A stretch of 63,704 nucleotides of DNA, filler included, from 5 parts of 5 records of this genome joined end to end with filler, not necessarily neighbours in it; one strand, 5' to 3'. Positions 40,716 to 53,444 are shown, counted from the first letter of the whole stretch. Notes: generated from the letters alone by a model not told the origin. Program-made: numbers and translations.

Positions 40716-40815
40716 NNNNNNNNNNNNNNNNNNNNNNNNNNNNNNNNNNNNNNNNNNNNTTAATTAATTAANNNNNNNNNNNNNNNNNNNNNNNNNNNNN
40801 NNNNNNNNNNNNNNN
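40716..40815. other. Artificial contig spacer
   Basis: 44 N + TTAATTAATTAA + 44 N. Confidence 0.99.
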
Positions 40816-41204
40816 CGGAGGGAATCGAACCCTCGTCCAAACAAGCGATAAAAAAGCTTTCTACAGATTTAGTTTTCACTTGATTTTCGATAATATTCTG
40901 ACTGAAAACTGCCCAAATAAAACTTATCTTCTTTAATTTTAAAATTCTATCGAAGTTCTAGAATTTCTATGTTGACTTTGATGGTGTCTCAACATGAATC
41001 GCCGTCAACAAGGGCTATTCTGAGACATCTCACTTTCCCGCCTGGCGGGACAAGGCTTTAACTTACTATAATTCAGTTATTAAGCTGCAAGAGCGTAATT
41101 ATTTTCGCCATTTAAGGTTTGGTATTATTTTATTAACGAGCGATAATCCAGCGCTCGATCTGCTTACAATTCAACCGGACCTGCTGTCAAAACCAGTCGA
41201 CCCC
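40816..41204 (-). ncRNA. ssrA: tmRNA with the last few 3' nucleotides missing; tag peptide (A)GENNYALAA encoded at 41109-41080
   Basis: 5' GGGGTCGACTGGTTTTGACAG, 3' T-arm GACGAGGGTTCGATTCCCTCCG, tag GGC GAA AAT AAT TAC GCT CTT GCA GCT TAA TAA. TATATTTG promoter element at 41242-41235. Confidence 0.97.
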
Positions 41205-41254
41205 ATTATTTTCAAAGAACTAATTTTTGAAGGACAAATATATGTTAATTTGAT

Positions 41255-42073
41255 TTACTTGAAGGAGTTAATAGCTTTTCTGATGATCACTAATTTTTCT
41301 AGTAAACCCTCAAGCTTATTAATATTTAGCATATTAGCTCCGTCACTTTTTGCATTATGAGGATCAAAATGAGTTTCAATAAAGATTCCATCTGCACCTG
41401 TTGCTATACCAGCTTTAGCAATTGTTTCAATCATATCAGGTCTCCCTCCTGTAACTCCAGAAGATTGATTAGGTTGTTGAAGAGAATGAGTAACATCAAG
41501 TATAACCGGAGCGAATTCTTTCATTGTGCGAATTCCTCTAAAATCAACAATTAAATCCTGATACCCAAACATGTTTCCTCTTTCGGTAATTAAGGTATTA
41601 TTATTTCCAGAATCTTTTATTTTTTTTACTGCATGAGACATGCTTTCAGGACTCATAAATTGCCCTTTTTTTAAACTTATATGCTTTCCTGTTTTAGCTG
41701 CAGCTACTAATAAGTCTGTTTGTCTTACTAAAAATGCAGGTATTTGAAGAATGTCTACGTATTTTGCAGCAAATTCTGCATCTTTAATTTCGTGAATATC
41801 TGTTATTGTTGGCACATTAAATTTTTCACCAACTTTTTTTAAAATTCCCAATGCTTTTTCATCTCCAATCCCTGTAAAACTATCAATTCTACTTCTGTTA
41901 GCTTTTTTAAAACTACCTTTAAAAATAAAAGGAATTTCCAATCTGTTAGTAATTTTAAATATTCTCTCAGCAATTTCTAAAGCCATTTCTTCTCCTTCAA
42001 TTGCACAAGGTCCTGCAATTAGAAAAAAATTATTAGAACCAGTATTCTTAATGTTTGGAATATTATCTATCAT
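41255..42073 (-). CDS. kdsA: KDO-8-phosphate synthase
   Basis: AGPCAIE, KANRS, QIPAFLVRQT, KKGQF, DVTHSLQ, ETH...SDG. Confidence 0.97.
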   Translation of the reverse strand: MIDNIPNIKNTGSNNFFLIAGPCAIEGEEMALEIAERIFKITNRLEIPFIFKGSFKKANRSRIDSFTGIGDEKALGILKKVGEKFNVPTITDIHEIKDAEFAAKYVDILQIPAFLVRQTDLLVAAAKTGKHISLKKGQFMSPESMSHAVKKIKDSGNNNTLITERGNMFGYQDLIVDFRGIRTMKEFAPVILDVTHSLQQPNQSSGVTGGRPDMIETIAKAGIATGADGIFIETHFDPHNAKSDGANMLNINKLEGLLEKLVIIRKAINSFK

Positions 42074-42183
42074 TTTAGAAATTAAATTTATGCTAAATTA
42101 AATAATATTCTGTAGTTCTATGGTTTTGATGCAATTAGTATGTAAAAAGACATTACATTTGCGCGAAATTATAGAATGTACAG

Positions 42184-43956
42184 ATGCAATCAATAAGAAA
42201 CATCGCAATTATAGCGCACGTTGACCACGGAAAAACAACTTTAGTTGATAAAATTATAGATCAAGCGAAAATTTTAGACGATCGAAAAGAACGTAAAGAA
42301 TTGTTGTTAGATAATAATGACTTGGAACGTGAAAGAGGAATTACTATTCTTTCAAAGAATGTTTCTGTAAATTATAAAGATGTAAAAATTAATGTAATTG
42401 ATACACCTGGTCACGCTGATTTTGGTGGTGAAGTAGAGCGAGTTTTAAAAATGGCTGATGGTGTTTTATTGTTGGTTGATGCTTTTGAAGGGCCGATGCC
42501 GCAAACTCGTTTTGTGCTTGGAAAAGCTTTAGAATTAGGATTAACTCCAATTGTAGTAGTAAATAAAGTGGATAAAGAAAACTGTACACCAGATCTAGTA
42601 CATGAAAAAGTATTTGATTTGATGTTTGCGTTAGACGCAACAGAAGATCAGTTGAATTTTGCAACTATTTATGGTTCTGCTAAAAACGGATGGATGTCAA
42701 CTGATTGGCAAGATCCAAAAGAAAATATTATTGATTTATTAGATGCTGTAATTGAGTCTATCCCAGAAGCTCCTTACAGAGAAGGTTCGCCTCAAATGCA
42801 AATCACATCTTTAGATTTTTCTTCATTTACTGGAAGACTTGCTATTGGACGTGTTTTTAGAGGTGACTTAGAAGAGAATAAAGATTACATGTTGTGTAAA
42901 GCTGATGGTTCTACTAAAAAAGTAAGAATTAAAGAACTGCATGTTTTTGAGGGAATGGGAAAGGCTAAAGTCTCTAAAGTAAGAAGTGGAGATATTTGCT
43001 CTATAACAGGACTAGAAGGATTTGAAATTGGCGATACTATTGCAGATATTGAAAATCCTGAAGCGTTACCTAGAATTGAAGTAGATCAACCCACAATGAG
43101 TATGTTGTTTACAATCAATAATTCTCCGTTTTTTGGCAAAGAAGGTAAGTATGTGACTTCTCGTCATTTACGTGATAGATTGTTTAAGGAAATGGAAAAA
43201 AACTTAGCTCTTCGTGTTGATACAACTGATAGTGAAGATAAGTTTAATGTTTTTGGTCGTGGAGTTTTACACTTGTCTGTACTTATTGAGACAATGCGAA
43301 GAGAGGGTTATGAATTACAAGTTGGGAGGCCTCAGGTAATCATAAAAGAAATTAATGGAGTTAAATCTGAGCCATATGAAACTCTATCTATTGATGTTCC
43401 TGAAGAAAGTGCTTCTAAAGCAATTAATTTAGTTTCTTTACGTAAAGGAGATTTATTGGTAATGGAACCTAAAGGAGATTTACAACATTTAGAGTTTACA
43501 ATTCCGTCAAGAGGATTAATAGGATTACGTAACAGAATTTTAACTGCAACAGCAGGTACAGCAATTATTAATCATAGGTTTAGTGAATATGGTCCTTTTA
43601 AGGGTGAATTTTCAGAGGATATTAAAGGTGCTATTGTTTCTTCTGCAGCTGGAAAAGCGACAGCTTATGCCATAGATAGACTTCAAGACAGAGGACGTTT
43701 TTTTATAGATATTAATGAAGAAATTTATATTGGTCAAGTTGTTGGAGAAAACAGTAATGATACAGATATGGGTGTCAATTTAATTAAAGGAAAACAATTG
43801 ACTAATATGCGTAAATCTGGAACTGATGATGCCATGAAAATTGCTCCTAAAGTCGATTTTTCTTTAGAGGAATGTATGGAGTATATTAAAGTAGATGAAT
43901 ATTTAGAAGTTACTCCAGCTAGTTTGCGTATGAGAAAAATCACTTTTAGACCATAA
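42184..43956 (+). CDS. typA: Translational GTPase TypA/BipA
   Basis: AHVDHGKTT, RGITI, DTPGHADF, NKVD, GRGVLHL; TACATTTG promoter element at 42154-42161. Confidence 0.98.
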   Translation: MQSIRNIAIIAHVDHGKTTLVDKIIDQAKILDDRKERKELLLDNNDLERERGITILSKNVSVNYKDVKINVIDTPGHADFGGEVERVLKMADGVLLLVDAFEGPMPQTRFVLGKALELGLTPIVVVNKVDKENCTPDLVHEKVFDLMFALDATEDQLNFATIYGSAKNGWMSTDWQDPKENIIDLLDAVIESIPEAPYREGSPQMQITSLDFSSFTGRLAIGRVFRGDLEENKDYMLCKADGSTKKVRIKELHVFEGMGKAKVSKVRSGDICSITGLEGFEIGDTIADIENPEALPRIEVDQPTMSMLFTINNSPFFGKEGKYVTSRHLRDRLFKEMEKNLALRVDTTDSEDKFNVFGRGVLHLSVLIETMRREGYELQVGRPQVIIKEINGVKSEPYETLSIDVPEESASKAINLVSLRKGDLLVMEPKGDLQHLEFTIPSRGLIGLRNRILTATAGTAIINHRFSEYGPFKGEFSEDIKGAIVSSAAGKATAYAIDRLQDRGRFFIDINEEIYIGQVVGENSNDTDMGVNLIKGKQLTNMRKSGTDDAMKIAPKVDFSLEECMEYIKVDEYLEVTPASLRMRKITFRP

Positions 43957-43964
43957 AATTATTT

Positions 43965-44642
43965 TTATGATTTTTTAGAAAGCTCAAAAAACCTTTCTTT
44001 TTCAATTCTTATTGTTTTTTCTGGAAATTTTGATATTATATCATAATCGTGTGTTGCGATTAAAATAGTTGTTCCACTATTATTAATTTCTTTAATTAAA
44101 TTCATTATTTCTGAACTTGTAGCAGGATCAAGATTTCCTGTCGGTTCATCCGCTAAAATTATCTCAGGATTATTTAATAGTGCTCTTGAAATTGCAACTC
44201 TTTGTTGTTCTCCGCCTGAAAGTTCAAATGGATATTTTTCAATTACATGATCAAGCTTAACTTTATCAAGAACTTCAATTATTCTAGAATTTATTTTTTT
44301 TGAATCTTTCCATTCTGTTGCTCTTAGAACAAATTCAAGATTTTTTTTTATTGTTATGTTAGGAAGCAGTTTGAAATCTTGAAAAACAATACCAAGTTTT
44401 CTTCTCAATAAAGGAATTTCCTTGTCTTTTATTTTAATTAAATTTGTGTCTAAAATTTTAGCCTCTCCTTCCTTAATTATAATATCCCCGTAAAGAATTC
44501 TTAACAAGCTGCTTTTACCTACTCCAGTTTTACCTATAAAATATATAAACTCTCCTTTTTCAACACTTAAATTAATATTTGTTAGAATTGGAGTATTGTT
44601 TTGTTTAATACTAACATTTTTCAAAAATATGATTGGATTCAT
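43965..44642 (-). CDS. FtsE-like ABC ATPase
   Basis: Walker A GKTGVGKS, VFQDFKLL, LSGGEQQR, ADEPTGNLD. Confidence 0.9.
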   Translation of the reverse strand: MNPIIFLKNVSIKQNNTPILTNINLSVEKGEFIYFIGKTGVGKSSLLRILYGDIIIKEGEAKILDTNLIKIKDKEIPLLRRKLGIVFQDFKLLPNITIKKNLEFVLRATEWKDSKKINSRIIEVLDKVKLDHVIEKYPFELSGGEQQRVAISRALLNNPEIILADEPTGNLDPATSSEIMNLIKEINNSGTTILIATHDYDIISKFPEKTIRIEKERFFELSKKS

Positions 44643-44824
44643 CTAAAATTTTTAACAAAACCAAATTAGTAAAAGTTTCACTTTTAAATATGATTTTTAT
44701 TTTTATTAATATTTAATTACATATTTATACTGTTTTATAATTTTATTCATAAATATGTAGTTAATATCGTTAAATTTGATAATAAATTAAACTATTTATA
44801 TCATATTTGCTTAAAATTTTTATT

Positions 44825-46489
44825 ATGTGTGGAATTGTATGTGCTTTGGATTTAAAACAATCTTCCGATTTGTTAAGATCTCAAGTTTTGGAAATGTCAA
44901 AAAAAGTTAGACATAGAGGTCCTGACTGGAACGGAATTCATTGTGGAAAAAATGTTTTATTAGCTCATGAAAGATTAGCTATTGTTGATCCTGCTTCTGG
45001 AAATCAACCAATTTATAGTGATGATAAAAATTTAATTTTAGCTGCTAACGGTGAAATTTATAATCATCAGCAATTAAGAGCTCAACTTAGTTCTGATTAT
45101 GCTTTTCAAACTAATTCGGATTGTGAAATAATCCTAGCTCTTTACAAGGAAAAAGGAGTGAATTTTATTGATGATTTGAACGGTATTTTTGGTTTTGTTC
45201 TGTACGATGAACAGAATGATGAATATTTAATTGCTCGTGATCATATGGGGATTATTCCTTTATACATGGGTTGGGACAAACATGGGACTTTTTATATTTC
45301 TTCTGAGCTTAAAGCTTTGGAGGGGATTTGTAATAAAATTGAGATTTTTCCCCCTGGACATTTTATGTCTAGCACGGATAATCAGCTAGTAAAATGGTAC
45401 GATAGAGATTGGATGAATTTTGATTCTGTAAAAGACAATAAAACAAACCTAGAGGATTTACAAACTGCTTTAGAAAATGCTGTTCACAGGCAACTTATGA
45501 GTGATGTTCCCTACGGTGTATTATTGTCAGGTGGTTTAGATTCCTCAATTACCTCTGCACTTGCTAAAAAATATTCAAAAAATAGAGTTGAGTCAAACGA
45601 TGTTAAATCTGCTTGGTACCCTCAACTTCATTCGTTTGCTGTAGGTTTGAAAGGTTCTCCCGATTTAATAGCTGCTCAAAAGGTAGCTGACCATATTGAT
45701 TCTATTCACCATGAAATAACTTTTACTGTACAAGAAGGTTTAGATGCTATTAAAGACGTTATTTATCATCTGGAAACCTATGATGTAACTACAATTAGAG
45801 CTTCTACGCCAATGTACTTGATGGCTAGAGTTATTAAATCTATGGGTATTAAAATGGTTTTATCTGGAGAGGGGGCTGATGAAATTTTTGGTGGTTATTT
45901 GTATTTTCATAAAGCACCTGATTCTAAAGAATTTCACGAGGAAACTGTAAGAAAATTAGATAAATTATATCAATACGATTGCTTAAGAGCTAATAAGTCT
46001 TTGGCAGCTTGGGGAATTGAAGGTAGAGTTCCGTTTTTAGATAAAGAATTTATTGATGTTGCAATGAGAATTAATCCAAAAGACAAGATGATTAACTCTG
46101 AAAAAATGGAAAAATGGGTTTTAAGAAAAAGTTTTGAACAGTACCTTCCTGAATCAGTAGCTTGGAGGCAAAAGGAGCAATTTAGTGATGGAGTAGGATA
46201 CGATTGGATAGATAGTTTGAAAGATTTAGTGAATGAAAAGGTAACTGATGACATGTTTAAAAATGCAAAATTCACTTTTCCTTTCCAAACTCCAATGTCA
46301 AAAGAAGAGTATTACTACAGATCGATTTTTGAGGAACATTACCCATCAGAAACTTCTGCTACCACAGTTCCTTCAGTTCCCTCAGTTGCATGTAGTACAC
46401 CAATTGCATTAGAATGGGATAAGACATTTAAAAATCTAAATGATCCGTCTGGCAGATCAGTTTCTAACGTCCATAATGACTCTTATTAA
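44825..46489 (+). CDS. asnB: Asparagine synthase B (glutamine-hydrolysing); start MCGI at 44825
   Basis: Ntn Cys2, HRGPD, NGEIYN, SGGLDSS, SGEGADE. Confidence 0.97.
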   Translation: MCGIVCALDLKQSSDLLRSQVLEMSKKVRHRGPDWNGIHCGKNVLLAHERLAIVDPASGNQPIYSDDKNLILAANGEIYNHQQLRAQLSSDYAFQTNSDCEIILALYKEKGVNFIDDLNGIFGFVLYDEQNDEYLIARDHMGIIPLYMGWDKHGTFYISSELKALEGICNKIEIFPPGHFMSSTDNQLVKWYDRDWMNFDSVKDNKTNLEDLQTALENAVHRQLMSDVPYGVLLSGGLDSSITSALAKKYSKNRVESNDVKSAWYPQLHSFAVGLKGSPDLIAAQKVADHIDSIHHEITFTVQEGLDAIKDVIYHLETYDVTTIRASTPMYLMARVIKSMGIKMVLSGEGADEIFGGYLYFHKAPDSKEFHEETVRKLDKLYQYDCLRANKSLAAWGIEGRVPFLDKEFIDVAMRINPKDKMINSEKMEKWVLRKSFEQYLPESVAWRQKEQFSDGVGYDWIDSLKDLVNEKVTDDMFKNAKFTFPFQTPMSKEEYYYRSIFEEHYPSETSATTVPSVPSVACSTPIALEWDKTFKNLNDPSGRSVSNVHNDSY

Positions 46490-46601
46490 TTGATAATAAT
46501 TTTAAGTTAAAATTGTTGATAACTTACCCCTATTCAACTCTGATAATTAACTAATTTATTTTGTTAATTAGTTATATTTGTTTTAACCGAAAATTTATTA
46601 A

Positions 46602-48551
<1,950 letters not shown>

Positions 48552-48569
48552 TAAAAAATTATTAAATAA

Positions 48570-49490
48570 ATGAAAGTAACTATTGTAGGTGCAGGAAATG
48601 TTGGATCAACTTGTGCAGAAGTAATTGCAACTCAATCTATTGCAAGTGAAGTTGTTCTTTTAGATATCAAAGAAGGTTTTGCTGAGGGTAAAGCATTAGA
48701 TATGATGCAAACTCAAACAACTATAGGTTTTGGAACAAAAATAATTGGAACCACTGGTGATTATTCAAAAACATCTGATAGTGATGTTGTAGTTATTACA
48801 TCTGGTATTCCTAGAAAACCTGGAATGACAAGAGAGGAGTTAATTGGAATTAACGCAGGAATAGTAAAAACAGTTTCTGAAAATATTTTAAAACATTCTC
48901 CGAATACAATTATCGTTGTTGTTTCTAATCCTATGGACACTATGACTTATCTAGCACTAAAATCAACTGGATTACCTAAAAATAGAGTAATAGGTATGGG
49001 AGGTGCTTTAGACAGTTCTAGATTTAAAACATATCTTTCGCAGGCACTCGATAGACCTGCAAATGATATTCATGGAATGGTAATAGGTGGTCATGGAGAT
49101 ACTACAATGATTCCATTAACAAGATTAGCTACTTATAATGGCTTACCAATTTCTGACTTAATTTCTGAAGAAGAATTAGAAAAGGTTTCAGCCAGTACGA
49201 TGGTTGGAGGAGCAACACTTACTAAACTCTTAGGTACATCAGCTTGGTACGCACCTGGTGCTTCAGTTGCTTTTTTAGTAAAATCAATTTTAAATGATGA
49301 AAAGAGAATTATTCCATGTTCAGTATTTTTGGATGGAGAGTATAACCAAGATGACATTTGTATTGGTGTTCCATGTATTATTGGAAAAAATGGATGTGAA
49401 AAAATTATAAATTTAAAATTAAACGATCAGGAAATGGTAAAATTTGCTGACAGTGCATCAGCTGTTAGAAAAATGAATTTAGCTCTGTAG
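48570..49490 (+). CDS. mdh: Malate dehydrogenase (LDH-like)
   Basis: GAGNVG, PRKPGMTR, SNPMD, LDSSR, GGHGD. Confidence 0.96.
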   Translation: MKVTIVGAGNVGSTCAEVIATQSIASEVVLLDIKEGFAEGKALDMMQTQTTIGFGTKIIGTTGDYSKTSDSDVVVITSGIPRKPGMTREELIGINAGIVKTVSENILKHSPNTIIVVVSNPMDTMTYLALKSTGLPKNRVIGMGGALDSSRFKTYLSQALDRPANDIHGMVIGGHGDTTMIPLTRLATYNGLPISDLISEEELEKVSASTMVGGATLTKLLGTSAWYAPGASVAFLVKSILNDEKRIIPCSVFLDGEYNQDDICIGVPCIIGKNGCEKIINLKLNDQEMVKFADSASAVRKMNLAL

Positions 49491-49599
49491 GTACAATCAA
49501 TCTAATAAATTACTTTGATGTTTATTTTTAGAATTGCTTTATCATCAAGTAAATCATATATTTGCTCGTTTTAAAAAAAGAACTCATAAATAAAATATT

Positions 49600-51003
49600 A
49601 TGCATAATAATGGTCTAATAAAGTTTTTTGCTTTTTGTTTCACTCTTGTAAGTGTTTATCAGATTTCATTCACTTTTATAACATCAGGCATTGAGGATAG
49701 TGCTTCTGAATATTCTATAAAATCTATTTCAAATCAACAAGAAAATTTTGTTGATTTAAGAGAAGAAAAATATAATAATTATTTAGATTCAATTTCTGAT
49801 GAGTCTGTTCTTGGCTTCACAACATATAAAAGTGCAAAAAATAAAGAATTAAATAAAGGTTTAGATTTAAAAGGAGGTATAGATGTTACTCTCCAAGTAT
49901 CAGTTAAGGATATATTAAAAGGTCTCTCAGAAAACTCTAAAGATCCTGTATTTAACAAAGCATTGAACGATGCTGATATTTTGCAAAAAGAATCTGATGA
50001 TACTTATGTGGAATCATTTTTTAATGCTTTTGAAGAAATTAGTAGTGATACGCCTTTGGCATCTCCAGATATTTTTGCAAATAGATCATTAAGTGACGAA
50101 ATTAATTTCGAAATGTCTGACGCTGAGGTTAAACCAATAATTAGAAGAAAAATTGATGAATCTATCGTTTCAGCTTTTGAAGTTTTAAGAAAAAGAATAG
50201 ACAAATTTGGAGTAACTCAGCCCAATATTCAACGTTTAGGTAACTCTGGAAGAATTAGAGTTGAGTTGCCTGGTGCTAAAGATGTAGCTAGAGTTAAAAA
50301 CCTTCTTCAAAGCACTGCTCAGTTAGAATTTTGGTACACTGAAAAAAACGATGATTTTTTACCTTTTTTATCAAAAGCTAATGAAGCTTTGAAAACTATT
50401 TTAGTAGAGGATGATGATAAGTTAGAAATTACGGAAACATCAGAAATTGATGATTTATTAGCTGATGTTGAAGCTAATGATTCAATTAATTCTAGTATTA
50501 AAAATCCTCTTTTTGATTATTTAGTTGGAACTGGTTTTCAAGGAGGTCCTGTAATCGCTCAATTTTTAGCAAAAGATCAAAAGAAAATTGAGGAGTATTT
50601 GTCAATGCCAGAAATTAGACAGCTACTTCCCTCAGAAAAAAGATTTACTCGTTTCCTTTTTGGAAAGGCCGATCTATCTAATAGTGTTGTTGATCTTTAT
50701 GCAATAAAATCTAATAGAGATAATAAGCCTCCACTTAGTGGTAGTGTAGTTGTTGATGCGAGTCAATCCTATGACCAGGTTGGTGCAGCAGCTGTTTCAA
50801 TGCAAATGAATGGAAAGGGTGCTAGAAAATGGGAAGAAATGACAGGTAACGCTTATAAAGATAAAAGCAATATTGCTATTGTTTTAGATGATATAGTTTA
50901 CTCTGCACCTGGAGTTTCAAGAGGTGCAATTTCTGGAGGTAGATCTGAAATATCTGGTCAATTCACATTAAATGAAGCAATTGATTTAGCTAATGTTTTA
51001 AGA
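49600..51003 (+). CDS. secD: Protein translocase SecDF, 3'-truncated
   Basis: GLDLKGG, RIDKFGVTQP, IRVELPG, AIVLD, ANVLR; TATATTTG promoter element at 49557-49564. Confidence 0.95.
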
Positions 51004-51103
51004 NNNNNNNNNNNNNNNNNNNNNNNNNNNNNNNNNNNNNNNNNNNNTTAATTAATTAANNNNNNNNNNNNNNNNNNNNNNNNNNNNNNNNNNNNNNNNN
51101 NNN
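51004..51103. other. Artificial contig spacer
   Basis: 44 N + TTAATTAATTAA + 44 N. Confidence 0.99.
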
Positions 51104-51132
51104 TATCGAGGGTTCGAATCCCTCTCTCTCCG
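51104..51132 (+). tRNA. 3' part of a tRNA, probably tRNA-Ser; CCA not encoded
   Basis: T arm GAGGG-TTCGAAT-CCCTC, acceptor 3' strand TCTCTCC and discriminator G. Confidence 0.8.
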
Positions 51133-51157
51133 CAGATATCTAGTTTTTATTATTTTC

Positions 51158-51283
51158 TTATTGAAATAATTTTTTAATTTTTTGAATGAAGGCTTTTCCC
51201 AAATCTCTCAAAACAATAAACATTAATCCAATAATCATAAAACTGATTATACCAATAAGTATATTTTCTATAATAATATTCAT
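51158..51283 (-). CDS. 41-aa single-TM small protein, absent from the ORF track
   Basis: MNIIIENILIGIISFMIIGLMFIVLRDLGKAFIQKIKKLFQ; ATG lies 1 nt after the amidase stop; hydrophobic helix then basic amphipathic tail. Confidence 0.6.
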   Translation of the reverse strand: MNIIIENILIGIISFMIIGLMFIVLRDLGKAFIQKIKKLFQ

Positions 51284-51284
51284 A

Positions 51285-52685
51285 TTAAAGTTTTGGTTTT
51301 GGATTAAAATTATTTAACTCTTCAAAAGAGTGTGCATACTCAATTAATTGTTTATCGGACCATGCCGTTCCAATAAATGACATTCCAATAGGAAGTCCAT
51401 CAATATAGTCTAATGGAACAGTAATATGAGGATATCCCGCCATAGCAGCATAACTACCATTTACCCAAAATCTATATGCTGCGATTGCTTCATCATCGCC
51501 ACCGTCGTGGTTGATTGCCCAAGCAGGACTCCATGATAGGCCAACAATTGCATCAATATTATTATTTTCAAGCAATTGATCAATGCCATTTCTAGTATCT
51601 ATTATTTGTTCTAGAGCAAGAAGATATTCTTCTTTTAGAGAACTGGTTTTATCGCTATCTACAAAAATACTTTGATCAAAGTGTTTTAAAACTTCTTCTT
51701 TGTTAGTATCATTAAATTTGATGAGCTCTGAAAGAGTTTTATACGGTGAATTCGAGGTGGATAGGTACTTTTCAAGGTTTTCTTTAAACTCATACATTAA
51801 AACTAGTAATTCTGCTTCTCCTGGATACTCTCTTTTATCTTCAACATCCATAACAATCGCACCGGCATTTTCAAGCAATTCTCTTATTTTTTGTAGTGCT
51901 TTTTCACCATCTTTATCATTTGATCCTGTCGGAAGAAGTCCAAATCTTTTTCCTTTTAATGATTCTTTATTTAAGTCAGACGTAAAATCAAAATTAAAAT
52001 CTTCAGGAATATTTAGTGTGGCAGGATCATGTATATCTTTTCCTGCAATAATCTCTAATATTTCAGCAGCCTTTTCAACAGAGCTTGCCATTGGTCCTGC
52101 AGTATCTTGTGTATGTGAAATGGGAATAATACCAGATCGACTAACAAGGCCAACAGTAGGTTTAATTCCTACAATACCATTAACGGAAGAAGGACAGCTG
52201 ACAGATCCATTTGTTTCTGTTCCAATAGCTACATCAATTAATCCGGTTGCAACTACCACTCCAGATCCGGAGCTTGAGCCACAGGGCGTGCGCATTGATC
52301 CATAAGGATTTATCGTTTGACCGCCCATGCTTGACCAACCACTTGTTGAGGATGAAGAGCGGAAGTTTGCCCATTCAGATAAGTTAGTTTTCCCAATAAC
52401 AAAATATCCATTATCAATAAGCTGTTGAATAAGAAAAGCATTATTTGAAGGAAAATTATCTTTAAGAGCTAACGAACCAGCAGTATTTGCAAATCCTTTT
52501 ACGTCAATGTTATCTTTGATAGCAATCGGTTTTAAACCTTTAGATAAATTTTCTTCAATCTGTTTGTACGAAAGTTTGCTAATATAAATATTATATTTCT
52601 CTTCGATATTTAGCGATGAGCCTTCATTTGACTGATTGCAACTATATAGAATTAATAAAATAAAAATAATAAAAGTTTTTTTCAT
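51285..52685 (-). CDS. Amidase-signature family lipoprotein (peptide amidase-like)
   Basis: Lipobox LYSC, IKDNI, GKTNLSEWANFRS, GSSSGSG, GTETNGSVSCPSS. Confidence 0.92.
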   Translation of the reverse strand: MKKTFIIFILLILYSCNQSNEGSSLNIEEKYNIYISKLSYKQIEENLSKGLKPIAIKDNIDVKGFANTAGSLALKDNFPSNNAFLIQQLIDNGYFVIGKTNLSEWANFRSSSSTSGWSSMGGQTINPYGSMRTPCGSSSGSGVVVATGLIDVAIGTETNGSVSCPSSVNGIVGIKPTVGLVSRSGIIPISHTQDTAGPMASSVEKAAEILEIIAGKDIHDPATLNIPEDFNFDFTSDLNKESLKGKRFGLLPTGSNDKDGEKALQKIRELLENAGAIVMDVEDKREYPGEAELLVLMYEFKENLEKYLSTSNSPYKTLSELIKFNDTNKEEVLKHFDQSIFVDSDKTSSLKEEYLLALEQIIDTRNGIDQLLENNNIDAIVGLSWSPAWAINHDGGDDEAIAAYRFWVNGSYAAMAGYPHITVPLDYIDGLPIGMSFIGTAWSDKQLIEYAHSFEELNNFNPKPKL

Positions 52686-52710
52686 TTTTTACCTCATAAG
52701 TTAAGCTAGC

Positions 52711-52743
52711 TTGACATTTTCATATGTAAAGCTTACTTTACAT
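52711..52743 (+). promoter_or_regulatory. Sigma70 promoter TTGACA-N17-TACTTT overlapped by the palindrome ATGTAAAG-N4-CTTTACAT (putative XRE operator)
   Basis: -35 at 52711-52716, -10 at 52734-52739, perfect 8-bp inverted repeat at 52724-52743. Confidence 0.75.
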
Positions 52744-52777
52744 TAAATAAAGAGCTAAACTAAATTAAGGACAAATA

Positions 52778-53221
52778 ATGACTAAAATAACACATAAAGG
52801 ATTATGGTTTAAATATTCTTCATTAAGCAAAAAAGATAAAAATATTTCAAAAAAAGTTTTTTTATCAGCCATCCTTTGTGGTTTTTTTATAGGGCTTTCT
52901 ATGGATAAACAATCCCTTTTAATGTGGTCGGAAATATTTCATCCTTATCTCTTCTATATTTTACCAGCTCTTGCATTGATTACTGGCATATTTACAATAA
53001 AATACTCTTTTGAATTGTATGAAAATCAAGATGAGTTATATAAAAGATTTCATGATTTTTCATTAATGTCAGGTTTTATGGGTTTTGTTATTTTTGGTCT
53101 ATTTTTAAGTTATTTATCTATTTTCGTTGATTACCAACCACATTTTATGGATTATCTTTTATGCTCAGTTATTGGAACGGCAATTGGTCAAATGTATTTT
53201 TATAAAAAATTCTATGAATAA
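52778..53221 (+). CDS. Four-TM membrane protein of unknown function
   Basis: Four hydrophobic segments with a DELYK loop; TAATG overlap with the HTH gene. Confidence 0.8.
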   Translation: MTKITHKGLWFKYSSLSKKDKNISKKVFLSAILCGFFIGLSMDKQSLLMWSEIFHPYLFYILPALALITGIFTIKYSFELYENQDELYKRFHDFSLMSGFMGFVIFGLFLSYLSIFVDYQPHFMDYLLCSVIGTAIGQMYFYKKFYE

Positions 53222-53412
53222 TGAAAAATAATATTAAAAAGCTAAGAATTGAAAAAAGAATTAGTCAGCAAAAACTTGCTGAAAACTTAGGTGTTAGTCG
53301 ACAAACTATAAATTCTATTGAAAAGGGTAGATTTGACCCTTCACTGAAGCTAACAATCAAAATAGTTCGTTTCTTTGACAAAGACTTAGAGTCAATTTTT
53401 AAAATCGATTAA
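53221..53412 (+). CDS. XRE/Cro-family HTH regulator (COG1476-like)
   Basis: MKNNIKKLR...SQQKLAENLGVSRQTINSIEKGRFDPSL. Confidence 0.96.
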   Translation: MKNNIKKLRIEKRISQQKLAENLGVSRQTINSIEKGRFDPSLKLTIKIVRFFDKDLESIFKID

Positions 53413-53444
53413 GTAATTTTTATTAATTAACAAAAAAGGAGTTA

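Noticed and set aside
49508-49554. Imperfect inverted repeat after mdh as a terminator or ncRNA
   Set aside because: The arms are AT-rich with a bulge and a long loop, and there is no clear U-tract; support is too weak.
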